64,000 bases of DNA. Source: Eledone cirrhosa. Its lineage: Eukaryota. A program made the position numbers and the translations under genes. The stretch spans positions 12,958,001 through 13,022,000 of the forward strand of contig OZ024749.1 in assembly GCA_964016885.1 (NCBI GenBank), in the 5' to 3' direction. Every line of letters begins with the position of its first letter. Position 1 is the first letter of the stretch. This document shows positions 26,125 through 36,669 of the stretch, one piece after another. The notes under the pieces were generated by a model, which saw only the letters and a list, made by a program, of their open reading frames with translations, did not search any database and was not told the origin of the DNA.

Positions 26125-27359
26125 CGAGTATCCTGGTATTTCAGGCTTTTCCCTAAAAAAGGAATGTAGTTTTGTGTGTGATTATATTTTGTTGGTCTGT
26201 TGCGTGTGGGTCTGTAGCTTGTTGTTTCATGAGGGTGAATGTGATGGTGGGGGTGGTATGTGTTGTGGTTGTTGATGAGCAAGGGTTCTGTTGTTGGTTC
26301 ATGTGGTCTGGGTGCGTTATTTCTGTGGTACAGAGTGTTGAGGCTGGGGGGTTGTCTTTTGTTGGATTGAGGGTGATGTCTGGTGTGGTTGTGGGTAAGT
26401 TCTGTTGTGATTTCAAGTGGCCTGGGTGGATTTCTTCTGAGGAATGTGGTGTGTGTGTTGTGAGTTGGATCTATGTTATTTCGTCGTTGGTTTATGTAGG
26501 GGGCATTTCTACGGAAACCTGTGTTGTGGTGGTTGGGTGTGTTTCTTTTGGTGTAGTTGGCCGTATTTGGTTTGTGTTGGTGGGGGATGTGCCTGTGGTT
26601 AGTGTGTGTTGGGTTTGGTGGTGTAAATGTGTCTGTTGTAGTTCTTGTTATGTTCAAATGCTTTATAAAGGGGTTACCTGTTTGGTGCGTCCTTTTAAAG
26701 TCTTCTTCATATTTGAGGAACCAGTTTTCGGATTTTTCCCACCGTTTAAGGGAAATGGTTTCTGCATTCTCGCAGTCCTGTTTCCACGATTTGATTAAAT
26801 TTTGTAGGGTTGTTCCCTCGGCCTTTTTAGTGCATTCTTCCTCCATATTTTTATCAGTATCCTTATACTCTTGCTCGTTTGAGGTGGCCCTTAATTTTAG
26901 GAGTTCTATTTCCATGTTTATCCTGTTGAGTGACATTTGTTCACGGAGTTTTCTTTCTGGTTCAGGTTCGTTTGTAATATGCTTTATTTGGAATTTACGT
27001 GGTAAAACTATCGGTGTTGAGTTAATCCATTTTTGGTAAATTCCAGCTTTGTTGAGGTTTTTTATCATATTCCAGAAAGTGAATTTTCTGGTTTTTAGAT
27101 GTTTTTTCCAGAGGTGTCCCATTTGGTTTTTGATATGGAGCAATGTCGTTTGTTCTGTGTTGGTATTCATAAGTTTTTCGATGGAGTTGCATACGTTTTG
27201 AACGTTTAAATAAATTTGGTTGTCAGTCGGTGTGGTGGTTTGGGGTATATCCTGTTTTTTTGTCAGAATGGTGAGTTTTCCATTTATCTCTTTTAGGATT
27301 TTCAGGATTTCCTCATTGATATTGGAGTTTGAAGTGGTGTTGTCTTGTTCCAGTGCCAT
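26094..27359 (-). CDS. PLE ORF1: 421-aa protein with helical/coiled-coil N-terminal two-thirds and a His/Asn/Thr/Pro/Arg-rich disordered tail; function unknown
   Basis: Long non-repetitive ORF starting ~22 nt after the 5' pLTR and overlapping ORF2. Heptad-like segments ILKILKEINGKLTIL and LNRINMEIELLKLRA. Confidence 0.85.
   Translation of the reverse strand: MALEQDNTTSNSNINEEILKILKEINGKLTILTKKQDIPQTTTPTDNQIYLNVQNVCNSIEKLMNTNTEQTTLLHIKNQMGHLWKKHLKTRKFTFWNMIKNLNKAGIYQKWINSTPIVLPRKFQIKHITNEPEPERKLREQMSLNRINMEIELLKLRATSNEQEYKDTDKNMEEECTKKAEGTTLQNLIKSWKQDCENAETISLKRWEKSENWFLKYEEDFKRTHQTGNPFIKHLNITRTTTDTFTPPNPTHTNHRHIPHQHKPNTANYTKRNTPNHHNTGFRRNAPYINQRRNNIDPTHNTHTTFLRRNPPRPLEITTELTHNHTRHHPQSNKRQPPSLNTLYHRNNAPRPHEPTTEPLLINNHNTYHPHHHIHPHETTSYRPTRNRPTKYNHTQNYIPFLGKSLKYQDTRWPPLRRNQK
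26154..26160 (-). promoter_or_regulatory. Candidate -1 ribosomal frameshift slippery heptamer U UUU UUA
   Basis: ORF1 reads CCT TTT TTA GGG AAA (PFLGK). The -1 frame TTT TTT AGG GAA AAG CCT GAA ATA CCA GGA TAC TCG ATG is open into ORF2. Confidence 0.7.
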
Positions 27360-27381
27360 TTTCCGGATTTGCGTAGGTTAG

Positions 27382-27848
27382 TATATATGAAAAGTGTAAT
27401 TTTCTACACAAAACGAAGGTTATAGAGAAAATTGAGGTTGGTAATGGCACATGGAATATATAAGAGACAGAATACTTTTTTGTGAAAAAACATAATTTTA
27501 TAAGGTAAGGTAATAATAAAGGGTATAAAAAATGACCGGTTTCGATGGGTCTGCAAAAGCCATCTTTTCAAATGTTGATTAATATTAAGAAAAATTAATA
27601 ATACGAAGAGTTAAAATTTGAGACTTGAAAATTCAAGTATAAAATTCATTGTGGGATTTCATAGCAGTTTTCATCTAGGTAGCAACAACAGGTTGACTGC
27701 TGTGTCCCTTTCTGGTAGTGAATGAGAAGTTATTTGGGGTGTGGGTTATTTTATAAAGGTCAGATTTAGCAATAGCCAGCTGCTGGTCAGTGAGGGGGTG
27801 GAAGCAATATACACACACATACCTTCATCCACACATACATACACATAC

Positions 27849-27884
<36 letters not shown>
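27382..27884 (-). repeat. 5' pseudo-LTR of PLE-1 (direct), with a hammerhead copy at about 27528-27577
   Basis: Direct repeat of 22621-23120, truncated in the internal TA microsatellite. Confidence 0.92.
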
Positions 27885-27888
<4 letters not shown>

Positions 27889-28229
27889 CTAAATCTGACC
27901 TTTATAAAATAACCCACACCCCAAATAACTTCTCATTCACTACCAGAAAGGGACACAGCAGTCAACCTGTTGTTGCTACCTAGATGAAAACTGCTATGAA
28001 ATCCCACAATGAATTTTATACTTGAATTTTCAAGTCTCAAATTTTAACTCTTCGTATTATTAATTTTTCTTAATATTAATCAACATTTGAAAAGATGGCT
28101 TTTGCAGACCCATCGAAACCGGTCATTTTTTATACCCTTTATTATTACCTTACCTTATAAAATTATGTTTTTTCACAAAAAAGTATTCTGTCTCTTATAT
28201 ATTCCATGTGCCATTACCAACCTCAATTT

Positions 28230-28234
<5 letters not shown>
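27884..28234 (+). repeat. Inverted pseudo-LTR of PLE-1, with a hammerhead copy at about 28082-28130
   Basis: Reverse complement of 27424-27774. ttgaaaagatgg...ccatcgaaaccggtc is readable on the plus strand. Confidence 0.92.
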
Positions 28235-28268
<34 letters not shown>

Positions 28269-28941
28269 CTATTTATCTATCTCCCTAAATGTGTGATTTT
28301 GTCAATGTCTCTATGACTATGTCTATCTCACTGCGTAGTTGTCTCTCCTCACCCCTCTCTCTCTCTCCCTCTCTTCTATTTTTACTTAGTGTGAAGACAT
28401 AATTTAGAAAAACAGTTATGTCCAGTGAAGAGAAAATGGTGTTTATTTAGTCAACGTTGTGTGATTGAAAGACCTATAAAAAGGGGGAGGTGAAACAATA
28501 ACAACTGAACACGCACGCACACGCACACACATACACACACCAACATATAGATACATATATATATACACATATATATATAGAGAGATATATACGTATATGT
28601 AAAATACTCATGTTTTTTTCCATTTTGTATGCATTTCAACCATACAACTTTGACTACACACTCACACAAACATACATATACACACACACATATATATGTA
28701 TATATATATATACACATACATACATACATACATACATACATACATACATACATACATACATACATACATACATACATACACATATATATGCATACATGTA
28801 AACATACATAGTTGCCTACATAATTATGATAAAATAAAAATACAACTTGGAAGTGGAAAAAAAAACGAAAGAGCTTTTAGTTCCATAGATGTAATTATTT
28901 CTTCACAAGATTCCACATATATTTTGGTTAGGATCTCTCTC

Positions 28942-28982
<41 letters not shown>

Positions 28983-29291
28983 ATATATCTCACTCTGTCT
29001 TTCATTCTCTGTCAGTCTCTCGGTCTATCTCTCTCTCTATATATATTTATCTCTCTCTGTCTCTCACTCTATCTGTGTATTTCTTACTCTGTTTCTCTCA
29101 GGTTCTCTCACTCTCTCTCTCCCCCCCCTCTCACGCTCACTCTCTCTCACTCTCTCCCCCTCTCTCTCTCCCTCTCCTGACATTAATTCATGTGTCACAG
29201 CTCACAGCTCATGTCATTCGGACAATCATTGCAGGATTTGGGAATTACGAAGAACGGAAGTAACGTAATAAAGAGCGGGAAGAAGATACTG

Positions 29292-29478
29292 ATGGTGGTG
29301 GTGGTGGTGGTGGTGGTGGTGGTGGTGGTGATGGTGGTGGTGGTGGTGGTGGTGGTGGTGGTGGTGGTGGTGTCGGTGGTGGTGGTGGTGGTGTCGGTGG
29401 TGGTAATGGTGGTGGTGGTGGTGGTGCTGCTGGTGGTGGTGGTGGTGGTGGTGGTGGTGGTGGTGGTGGTGGTGTCGG

Positions 29479-29509
<31 letters not shown>

Positions 29510-30290
29510 GGTGGTGGTGGTGGTGGTGGTGGTGGTGGTGGTGGTGGTGGTGGTGTCGGTGGTGGTGGTGGTGGTGGTGGTGTCGGTGGTGGTGGTGGTG
29601 GTGGTGGTGTCGGTGCTGGTGGTGGTGGTGCTGGTGGTGGTGGTGGTGGTGTCGGTGGTGGTGGTGGTGATGGTAATGGTGGTGGTGGTGGTGGTGGTGG
29701 TGGTGGTGGTGTCGGTGGTGGTGGTAGTGGTAGGGATATTGGTGGTGGTGGTGGTGGTTGTGGTGGTTGTAGTGGTGGTGGTGGTGGTTGTGGTGGCGTT
29801 GGTGGTGGTGGTGGTACTGGTGGTGGTTGTAGTAGTGGTGGTGGTGGTGGTGGTGGTGGTGATAAAGGTAGTGGTGGTGGTGGTACTGGTGGTGGTGGTG
29901 GTGATGGTCGTGTCGGTGGTGGTGTTGGTGGTGGTGTTTCTGTTGGTGGTATTGGTGATGATATTGGTAGTGATGGTAATGATCAGGGTAGAGTTGGTTC
30001 TATTGGTATTGCAGGTGGTAGTAGTGGTAATGTTTGTGGTTATGGTATTGATGGTGGTGAAAGTAGTGGTGGTAGTGGTAGAGATGGCAGTGGTTGTGGT
30101 GGTGGTAGATATGTTGTTGGTGTTCTTGTTGTTGTCGGTGGCGGTGGCGGTGGTAACTGTGGCGATAATGTTATTGATAGTGGAGGTGAGGCTGTTATTG
30201 GTTGTGGTGGTTGTAGTGGTGGTAACTGTAGTGACAGTGGTATTGATGGTGATGGCAGCGGTGATTGTGGTAGTGGTGGTGGAGGCGACA
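29292..30290. repeat. (GGT)n array grading into degenerate GT-rich triplets
   Basis: Seen directly. Followed by an (ACC)n-rich tract at about 30345-30585. Confidence 0.9.
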
Positions 30291-30721
30291 CTGATGTGCC
30301 AATCTAAATATCATCTTTGACATACAAATCTAACCACGTAGTACCCCCTACCACCACCACACCTCCACCTCCACTACCACCACCACCACAACTAGCACAC
30401 CACCACTATCACTTACATCACTACTATCACCACCACCACTACCACATCACCACAACTGCTACCACCACTACCACTTCCATCACTACTACCACCACCTCCA
30501 CCACCACCACTACTACCACCACCACCACCACCACCACTACTACCACCACCACCACTACCACTAACTACACAGCCACCGCCACCGTCACTTGCTGTTGTTT
30601 ATATTACATTTTAAACAACACCACTTCATATATGTACTTATATGTAGAAAGAAAGGTGGTGTTAAACATTCGCACACAGACACACACGCATACATACACA
30701 AACACACATACACAACAATAT

Positions 30722-30765
<44 letters not shown>

Positions 30766-30783
30766 CTTACACAAATATATGTG

Positions 30784-30826
<43 letters not shown>

Positions 30827-30879
30827 TTAGGTTTGTTGGTTTACCACTGGATAGAACTGGTCATTCCGTATGGTCAACC

Positions 30880-30914
<35 letters not shown>

Positions 30915-30918
<4 letters not shown>

Positions 30919-31207
30919 TCATCATCATTTTACGTCCGCTTTTCCCTGCTTGCAAGGGTGGGACGGGTCCTATTCAGCAAAGCATCTCTCCACTTGTCAC
31001 GGTCCCTCGTCATCTCCACCGTGAGCTTCAGCGATCTGAGGTCTGTTCTCACCCCCTCCGCCCATGTTTTTCGTGGTCTACCTCTACCACGTCTTCCTTC
31101 AACTGGCATTTCCTGGCACTTCTTCATCCATCGGTCATCTTCCATGCGCATGCCCATACCACCGTAGTCCATCACATGTCCATACCACCGTAGTCTCCTC
31201 TCCCGTA
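30915..31207 (-). mobile_element. RTE-clade LINE 3' end fragment
   Basis: VRERRLRWYGHV...EGRRGRGRPRKTW.E.VR.DL...DRDKWR, followed by a (TGA)n tail, embedded in (TA)n. Confidence 0.88.
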
Positions 31208-31271
31208 CATATATATATATATAGGATTTAGTAACATGAAAGATGAACAAACCTTCTTCTTTAATTTCTAA

Positions 31272-31320
31272 TTCACTTGATAAGATGGAGTACAATAATA
31301 CATCGAAACCGGTTGTATTT
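31272..31320 (+). ncRNA. Minimal hammerhead-like motif (U3-A8 variant) in a PLE pLTR remnant
   Basis: TTGATAA-gatg...catc-GAAA-ccgg-TT. Same architecture as the PLE-1 ribozyme, with a GUU triplet. Confidence 0.55.
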
Positions 31321-31976
31321 TATAAACATTATAAAAGTCCTTTTTTTAAAATGATCCTCTCATCTTTTCAAGAATGTCACTTTGACGAATCAAAGAAGAA
31401 AAAAAAGAGAAACAGATCCTTTAAATATACTTATCGTGCTATTTCCAATTCCACTTTCTCTCTCCTCCCTCCCTCTCTCCCGCTATTTATAAAGTGTGTA
31501 AATATGTATATATACATATACATATGTATGTATATGTATATATATATATGCATGTGTGCATGTGTATGTATATGCGCGGGATCATAGAAATAGTCGGGCT
31601 GGCTACCCGATGGCGCGGTTAAACCACTGGGAGTGAAGGACCCCTAGCCTTTGCCAGGACATTCTTCTAGGAGAAGGCAACTCAGGAAACTGGGATAACT
31701 CCGACATAAAACCTGCGGCTCAGTAGTTAGCGATGATGTTGATCTTTTCTTCTTTTCTGGTTACAGCTACTGTCTCTCAGAGAGTGGGATTGGCTCAGTG
31801 CACAGTCTTTCCTCACTTTGAAAAATATCTTCACGCACAGACATTGCACGATAGAATTAATTAATAATTATTGATAATGGTATATCGTGCAGTGGCTATA
31901 TTCGATAACGAGGGGACAGCCATCATATATATATATATATGTATATATATATGTTTATATATATATATAATATATA

Positions 31977-32059
<83 letters not shown>

Positions 32060-32061
32060 TA

Positions 32062-32166
<105 letters not shown>

Positions 32167-32232
32167 GTATATATATATATATACATATGTATATATATAT
32201 ATATACATATGTATATATACATATACATATGC

Positions 32233-32265
<33 letters not shown>

Positions 32266-32290
32266 CATATGTATATATATACATATATAC

Positions 32291-32352
<62 letters not shown>

Positions 32353-32473
32353 CGAAGGAAGTGTGGTAAGGAACCAGGTGGACCATAACGCACCAGAGTA
32401 CTCAATACTTAGGGTAGCAGAGTGGGTAATAGGAAAATCTTCCTATTACCGTCGGAGTCTTGAACATTTTCCA

Positions 32474-32503
<30 letters not shown>

Positions 32504-32508
<5 letters not shown>

Positions 32509-32864
32509 ATTAAATAAATGGAAAACTATATTTATAAAACCATATTTATTTCATTATATATATTTCGGGGATATCACTGCTAGCGTAAACCTCTTCAAAT
32601 GAAGTTGATGTTTATTACGGTATGTCGAATATATTTATCTATATATTTATCTATAAAACTGTTTATATTGTATTTTGTCTGATGAAGGCATAGCATATTG
32701 TTAATATGATATCCCCGAAATATATATAATGAAATAAATATGGTTTTATAAATATAGTTTTCCATTTATTTAATATTGTAAATATACTCCAAATATTTGT
32801 CGAGTGCTTTTATATCAGTTATAAATATTTACTAGTTGTAACCCAACAATTTTAAATATAACTT

Positions 32865-32870
<6 letters not shown>
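32504..32870 (+). mobile_element. PLE pLTR-like remnant with inverted 5' piece and hammerhead-like core at about 32674-32730
   Basis: 32504-32575 is the reverse complement of 32707-32780. Core CTGATGA...catattgttaatatg...ccccGAAAtata. Related pieces at 40149-40280 (minus) and 52772-53070. Confidence 0.6.
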
Positions 32871-32895
<25 letters not shown>

Positions 32896-33030
32896 AGTGA
32901 AAATGGAACGGGAACAAAACAGAGAGGCAGTACGAGCAAAGGTTTATTAGTTTCACGCTCTTGAGAGTTTTGGGGGGGGGGGGGGGGGGGACTACAAATA
33001 ATATATATATATTTATATATATAAATATAT

Positions 33031-33077
<47 letters not shown>

Positions 33078-33318
33078 CTATATATACATATATATATATG
33101 AGAGAGAGAGAGGGAATTATTTATTTATATATATAAATATATATATATTATTTGTAATCCCTTCTTTACTCATTATATATTCAACACCTACACACTGTCT
33201 CTCTGTATATATCCAGTCAATATAAACACACTGTCTGTCTATATATCCAGTTAACATCTTCACAATGTTTATCTATCTATCTGTCTATCTACCCGTTGTT
33301 CGATAAATGGAACAACCT

Positions 33319-33700
33319 GTGAGTATTCCACAGAAACGTGTACCCTTAATTTAATTCTCATGTAGATTCAGTGTGACATGGCGTGTGATAAGGCTGACAC
33401 CTTTGAATTGCATGTACAGTCTATCTTGTATTATATTGTATGTGGTTGAGTATTCCACTATTACTTGTACTCATAACGTAATTCTCAGGGAGATTCAGTG
33501 TGACAATATTGGCTCCTTTGTATTACAGGTACCGTCCATATGACGGGCTTCCAGGCAGTTTCCATCTATCCAATTTCACTAACAAGGCATGGGTCGGCCC
33601 TCGATGTTATGGTAAAGGATATTTGCCCAAGATACTTCCCTGGGGGAATAACTGAGGACCGAATGAATGCGAAGAGAACTTGTTAACTATTTAGTCATAT
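33319..33700. repeat. Degenerate interspersed-repeat cluster: two copies of a gagtattccac...attctca...gattcagtgtgaca motif, then a minus-strand SINE-like piece
   Basis: Internal duplication 33320-33415 vs 33447-33530. The 33545-33700 piece is the reverse complement of the family at 35935-36010. Confidence 0.5.
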
Positions 33701-34435
33701 GGTTTATTCAGATATTGAACATATATAAATAAATAAAAACGGTACTCACTACACAAGGTAGGGTTATATTGAATATTCGGGTGTCTTTTGTGGTTATAAA
33801 AACAGAAAAGGAAGGGAAAAGCAAGGGTCCTAGGGTCACAGAAGAATGGGGAGGGGAAGGTAGAGGGTGATGGGCTCTTGGCCTAGGGCGAGGCGGTACT
33901 TCGCCTCGCGGACAAGACACGGCCGTGAACTATCGTCGTATCCCTGAGAAATGTGAGTCCTTTACTCACTTCCTTTGTCACCATGACAACTAGGAAATAA
34001 ATATTCCGAAACTGCAGAGAGAAGAGAAAGAAGAGAGGAGAAGAGAAAAGAAATAAAATAAGTCTTACTACAATAATAAATCTGTGTAGTAACAAGATGA
34101 ACCAATAAAAAATCGATAGTTGCCGCCATATGCCAAAATCTCATGTTATCGGAAAAGCAAACCGTTCTATTTCGACTGCGATTTATCAGTGCAAACATTA
34201 GAAGTGGATTTAACTGGGCTGATAGAATCTGAGAATCAGGAAGTTCTCTGCTGGAATCAATAAAGGTGTTTCGGTTTAATCTCGTCAAAAGAATTGAAAA
34301 GTTTTTATTACCTTGTGTCGTTAAGAAGTTATTCTATCACGAAGCAATTATTGGTAAAATAGATAACTTGACTGAGTCGTTAAAGAGACGGATTAAAAGA
34401 TATCTCAGGTTATTTATTCCGGATTATTATATTGC

Positions 34436-34512
34436 GTTCTGAGATCAAATCCTACCAACGTCAGCTGTGCCTTTCATCCTTTCCAGGTCGATAAATAAGG
34501 TACCAATCAAGA
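34436..34512 (+). mobile_element. Meta/MESC-core SINE fragment
   Basis: B-box-like gagatcaaatc, then gcctttcatcctttccaggtcgataaataaggtacca. Confidence 0.7.
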
Positions 34513-34554
34513 TCAATGGTCAATTCTCTCTCTCTCTCAGAAATTGGTGGTTTT

Positions 34555-34824
34555 CCAAGCGAGAAAGTTCCCTTCTGAGGCACAAGTCCAGGAAAGGTTG
34601 TTCGTGGAAGACCAGCAATCGCCCATGCATACCAGTCTCCCCTCTCCACACCACCGATGTTGTCCCAGGGACGTCGCAACTCATTTCTACGGCTGTGTCA
34701 ACTGGAGCAACGTGAAATAAAGTGTCTTGCTCAAGAACACAACGCAAAATCCGATCCGAGAATCGAACTCACAATCTCAGGACTGTAACCCTGACGCTCT
34801 AACCACTAAGCCATGTGGCTTCAC
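34555..34824 (-). mobile_element. tRNA-derived SINE, near full length
   Basis: Reverse complement has A box TGGCTTAGTGG, B box GAGTTCGATTC, then ttgtgttcttgagcaagacacttt. Confidence 0.8.
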
Positions 34825-35473
34825 ATAACAGGTGTGGTGTAACATTATAAACAGTTTAGTTGAGAGAATTAAATGAAAACTAATTAGGTTGAAACTAGGT
34901 TCTTAATAGGAGTTAAAATAGAAATATTATCTTAGAAATATCCACTTATGTATGTATATAACTAGGGACGAATGTATGTATGTATGTATGTATGTATGTA
35001 TGTATGTATGTATGTATGTATGTATGTATGTATGTATGTATGTATGTATGTATGTATGTATGTATGTGTGTGTGTATATATGTATGTATGTATATATGTA
35101 TGTATATATGTATGTATGTATATAAGTAGGGACGAATGTACGAATGTATAAATGTGTGTATGTATGTATATATGTATGTATATATATGTATGTGTGTGTG
35201 TGTGTGTAAGCCTATGCATGTATGTGTGTGTATATATATATATAATATATATATATAAAGCGACGAGGGAGGAGGATGAGATATAATTACATCATATGAT
35301 TTCTATTATGTTACTTAATTGTTCTCTTACAGTGACAGCGACAAGAAGGGACGTAAATAGATGGAACAACAAACACTACAAACACCAAAAGGCACCCCGT
35401 TGTCAGTAAATAAGGCACCAAGTCTAGGGTCGCCAGCGACACAACAGGATGATAGGTTATAAATGGTTTAGAA

Positions 35474-35742
35474 CAGAGGTTCTCAAACATTTGCCCCTCC
35501 CCCCTCAAAGCCAGGTATAAACCTCAGCAGCCCCAACCCTATTTCTAGACAGACTACCTACAAGAAAATTGTAAATAATATATAATAGATAAAATCGTTA
35601 ATATAATAAATAATATGATATATACTATGTATAAATAAATATTATATATTTATATATAATATGTATCATAAAATATTTAATATACTATTATATCATCTCT
35701 ACCCCCTCACAGCACCCTTAGGCTCCATTTTGAGAAACTCTG
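35474..35742. mobile_element. Non-autonomous hAT (Charlie-type) MITE
   Basis: TIRs cagaggttctcaaa / tttgagaaactctg. Imperfect 8-bp TSD gtttagaa / gcttagag. Confidence 0.7.
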
Positions 35743-35811
35743 GCTTAGAGGTTCTCTTCACAACTACAAGATTTAAGGTTCAATTCTACAGCTGGACGTC
35801 TTGGTATAAAG

Positions 35812-35925
35812 CAGTCATGGGTAAACTCTGACCCGCGAGCGGCATTCGGCCCATTTAGCCTTCTCAATAGCACCTCCCTCCCCGCCTTATGCGACCCACT
35901 GTTGGAAAAAGGTTGCCTATGCCAG
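35812..35925. mobile_element. Non-autonomous hAT MITE related to 8980-9146
   Basis: cagtcatgggtaaactctgacccgcgagc...tgcgaccc...ggttgcctatgccag. Imperfect TSD gtataaag / gtgtaaaa. Confidence 0.6.
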
Positions 35926-36170
35926 GTGTAAAATATCCTCACCACAGCGCCAGTCAGACCAACGTCTTGTGAGATTCATTTGGTTGATCGGAACTGTGTG
36001 GAAGCCCTTCGGTGGGGGAGGTGTGGCGTTCTCCGGTGGTTGTCTTAAAGGTCAATCCATCACCCCGATTTAACTTTACCAGAGCTGAGAGGGGGATACT
36101 TGTACAGAGTTCACCCTGTTGCAAGCAGCCAGTCCGTCGCCTTGAAACATTTCCTGGGTGCTGTCCTATC

Positions 36171-36243
<73 letters not shown>

Positions 36244-36283
36244 AGAGAGATAAATAAATAAATATATATATATATTCACAGAA

Positions 36284-36327
<44 letters not shown>

Positions 36328-36419
36328 GTGTATGTGTGTGTGTGTGTATACAGAGAGATAAATAAATATATACTCACAGAAATATGTATGTATGTATGTA
36401 AGTGTGTGTGTGTGTGTGT

Positions 36420-36468
<49 letters not shown>

Positions 36469-36619
36469 TGTGTGTAAGTATGTATATCGACGGTGTTGCC
36501 TATGTGTAGCGACGCTTGGAGATAAAGATAGATAAATAGATAGACAGTCAGACAGACAGACAGACAGGTATATAGATAGACAGACAGACAGGTATATAGA
36601 TAGACAGACAGACAGGTAT

Positions 36620-36669
<50 letters not shown>

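Larger units (their letters stand above)
22621..28234 (-). mobile_element. Apparently intact two-ORF Penelope-like retroelement (Neptune-like) with direct and inverted pseudo-LTRs, inserted in (TA)n
   Basis: RT + C-terminal GIY-YIG ORF plus an upstream ORF. A ~500-bp direct repeat lies at 22621-23120 and 27382-27884 (offset 4763), and an inverted copy at 27884-28234. Confidence 0.95.

Noticed and set aside
24103-27039. Short antisense and alternative-frame ORFs inside PLE-1
   Set aside because: Expected shadows of the two long, compositionally biased ORFs.
29190-30320. 376-aa poly-Val ORF
   Set aside because: (GGT)n repeat translation.
34745-34824. tRNA gene
   Set aside because: A and B boxes run directly into a SINE body and no complete cloverleaf is evident.
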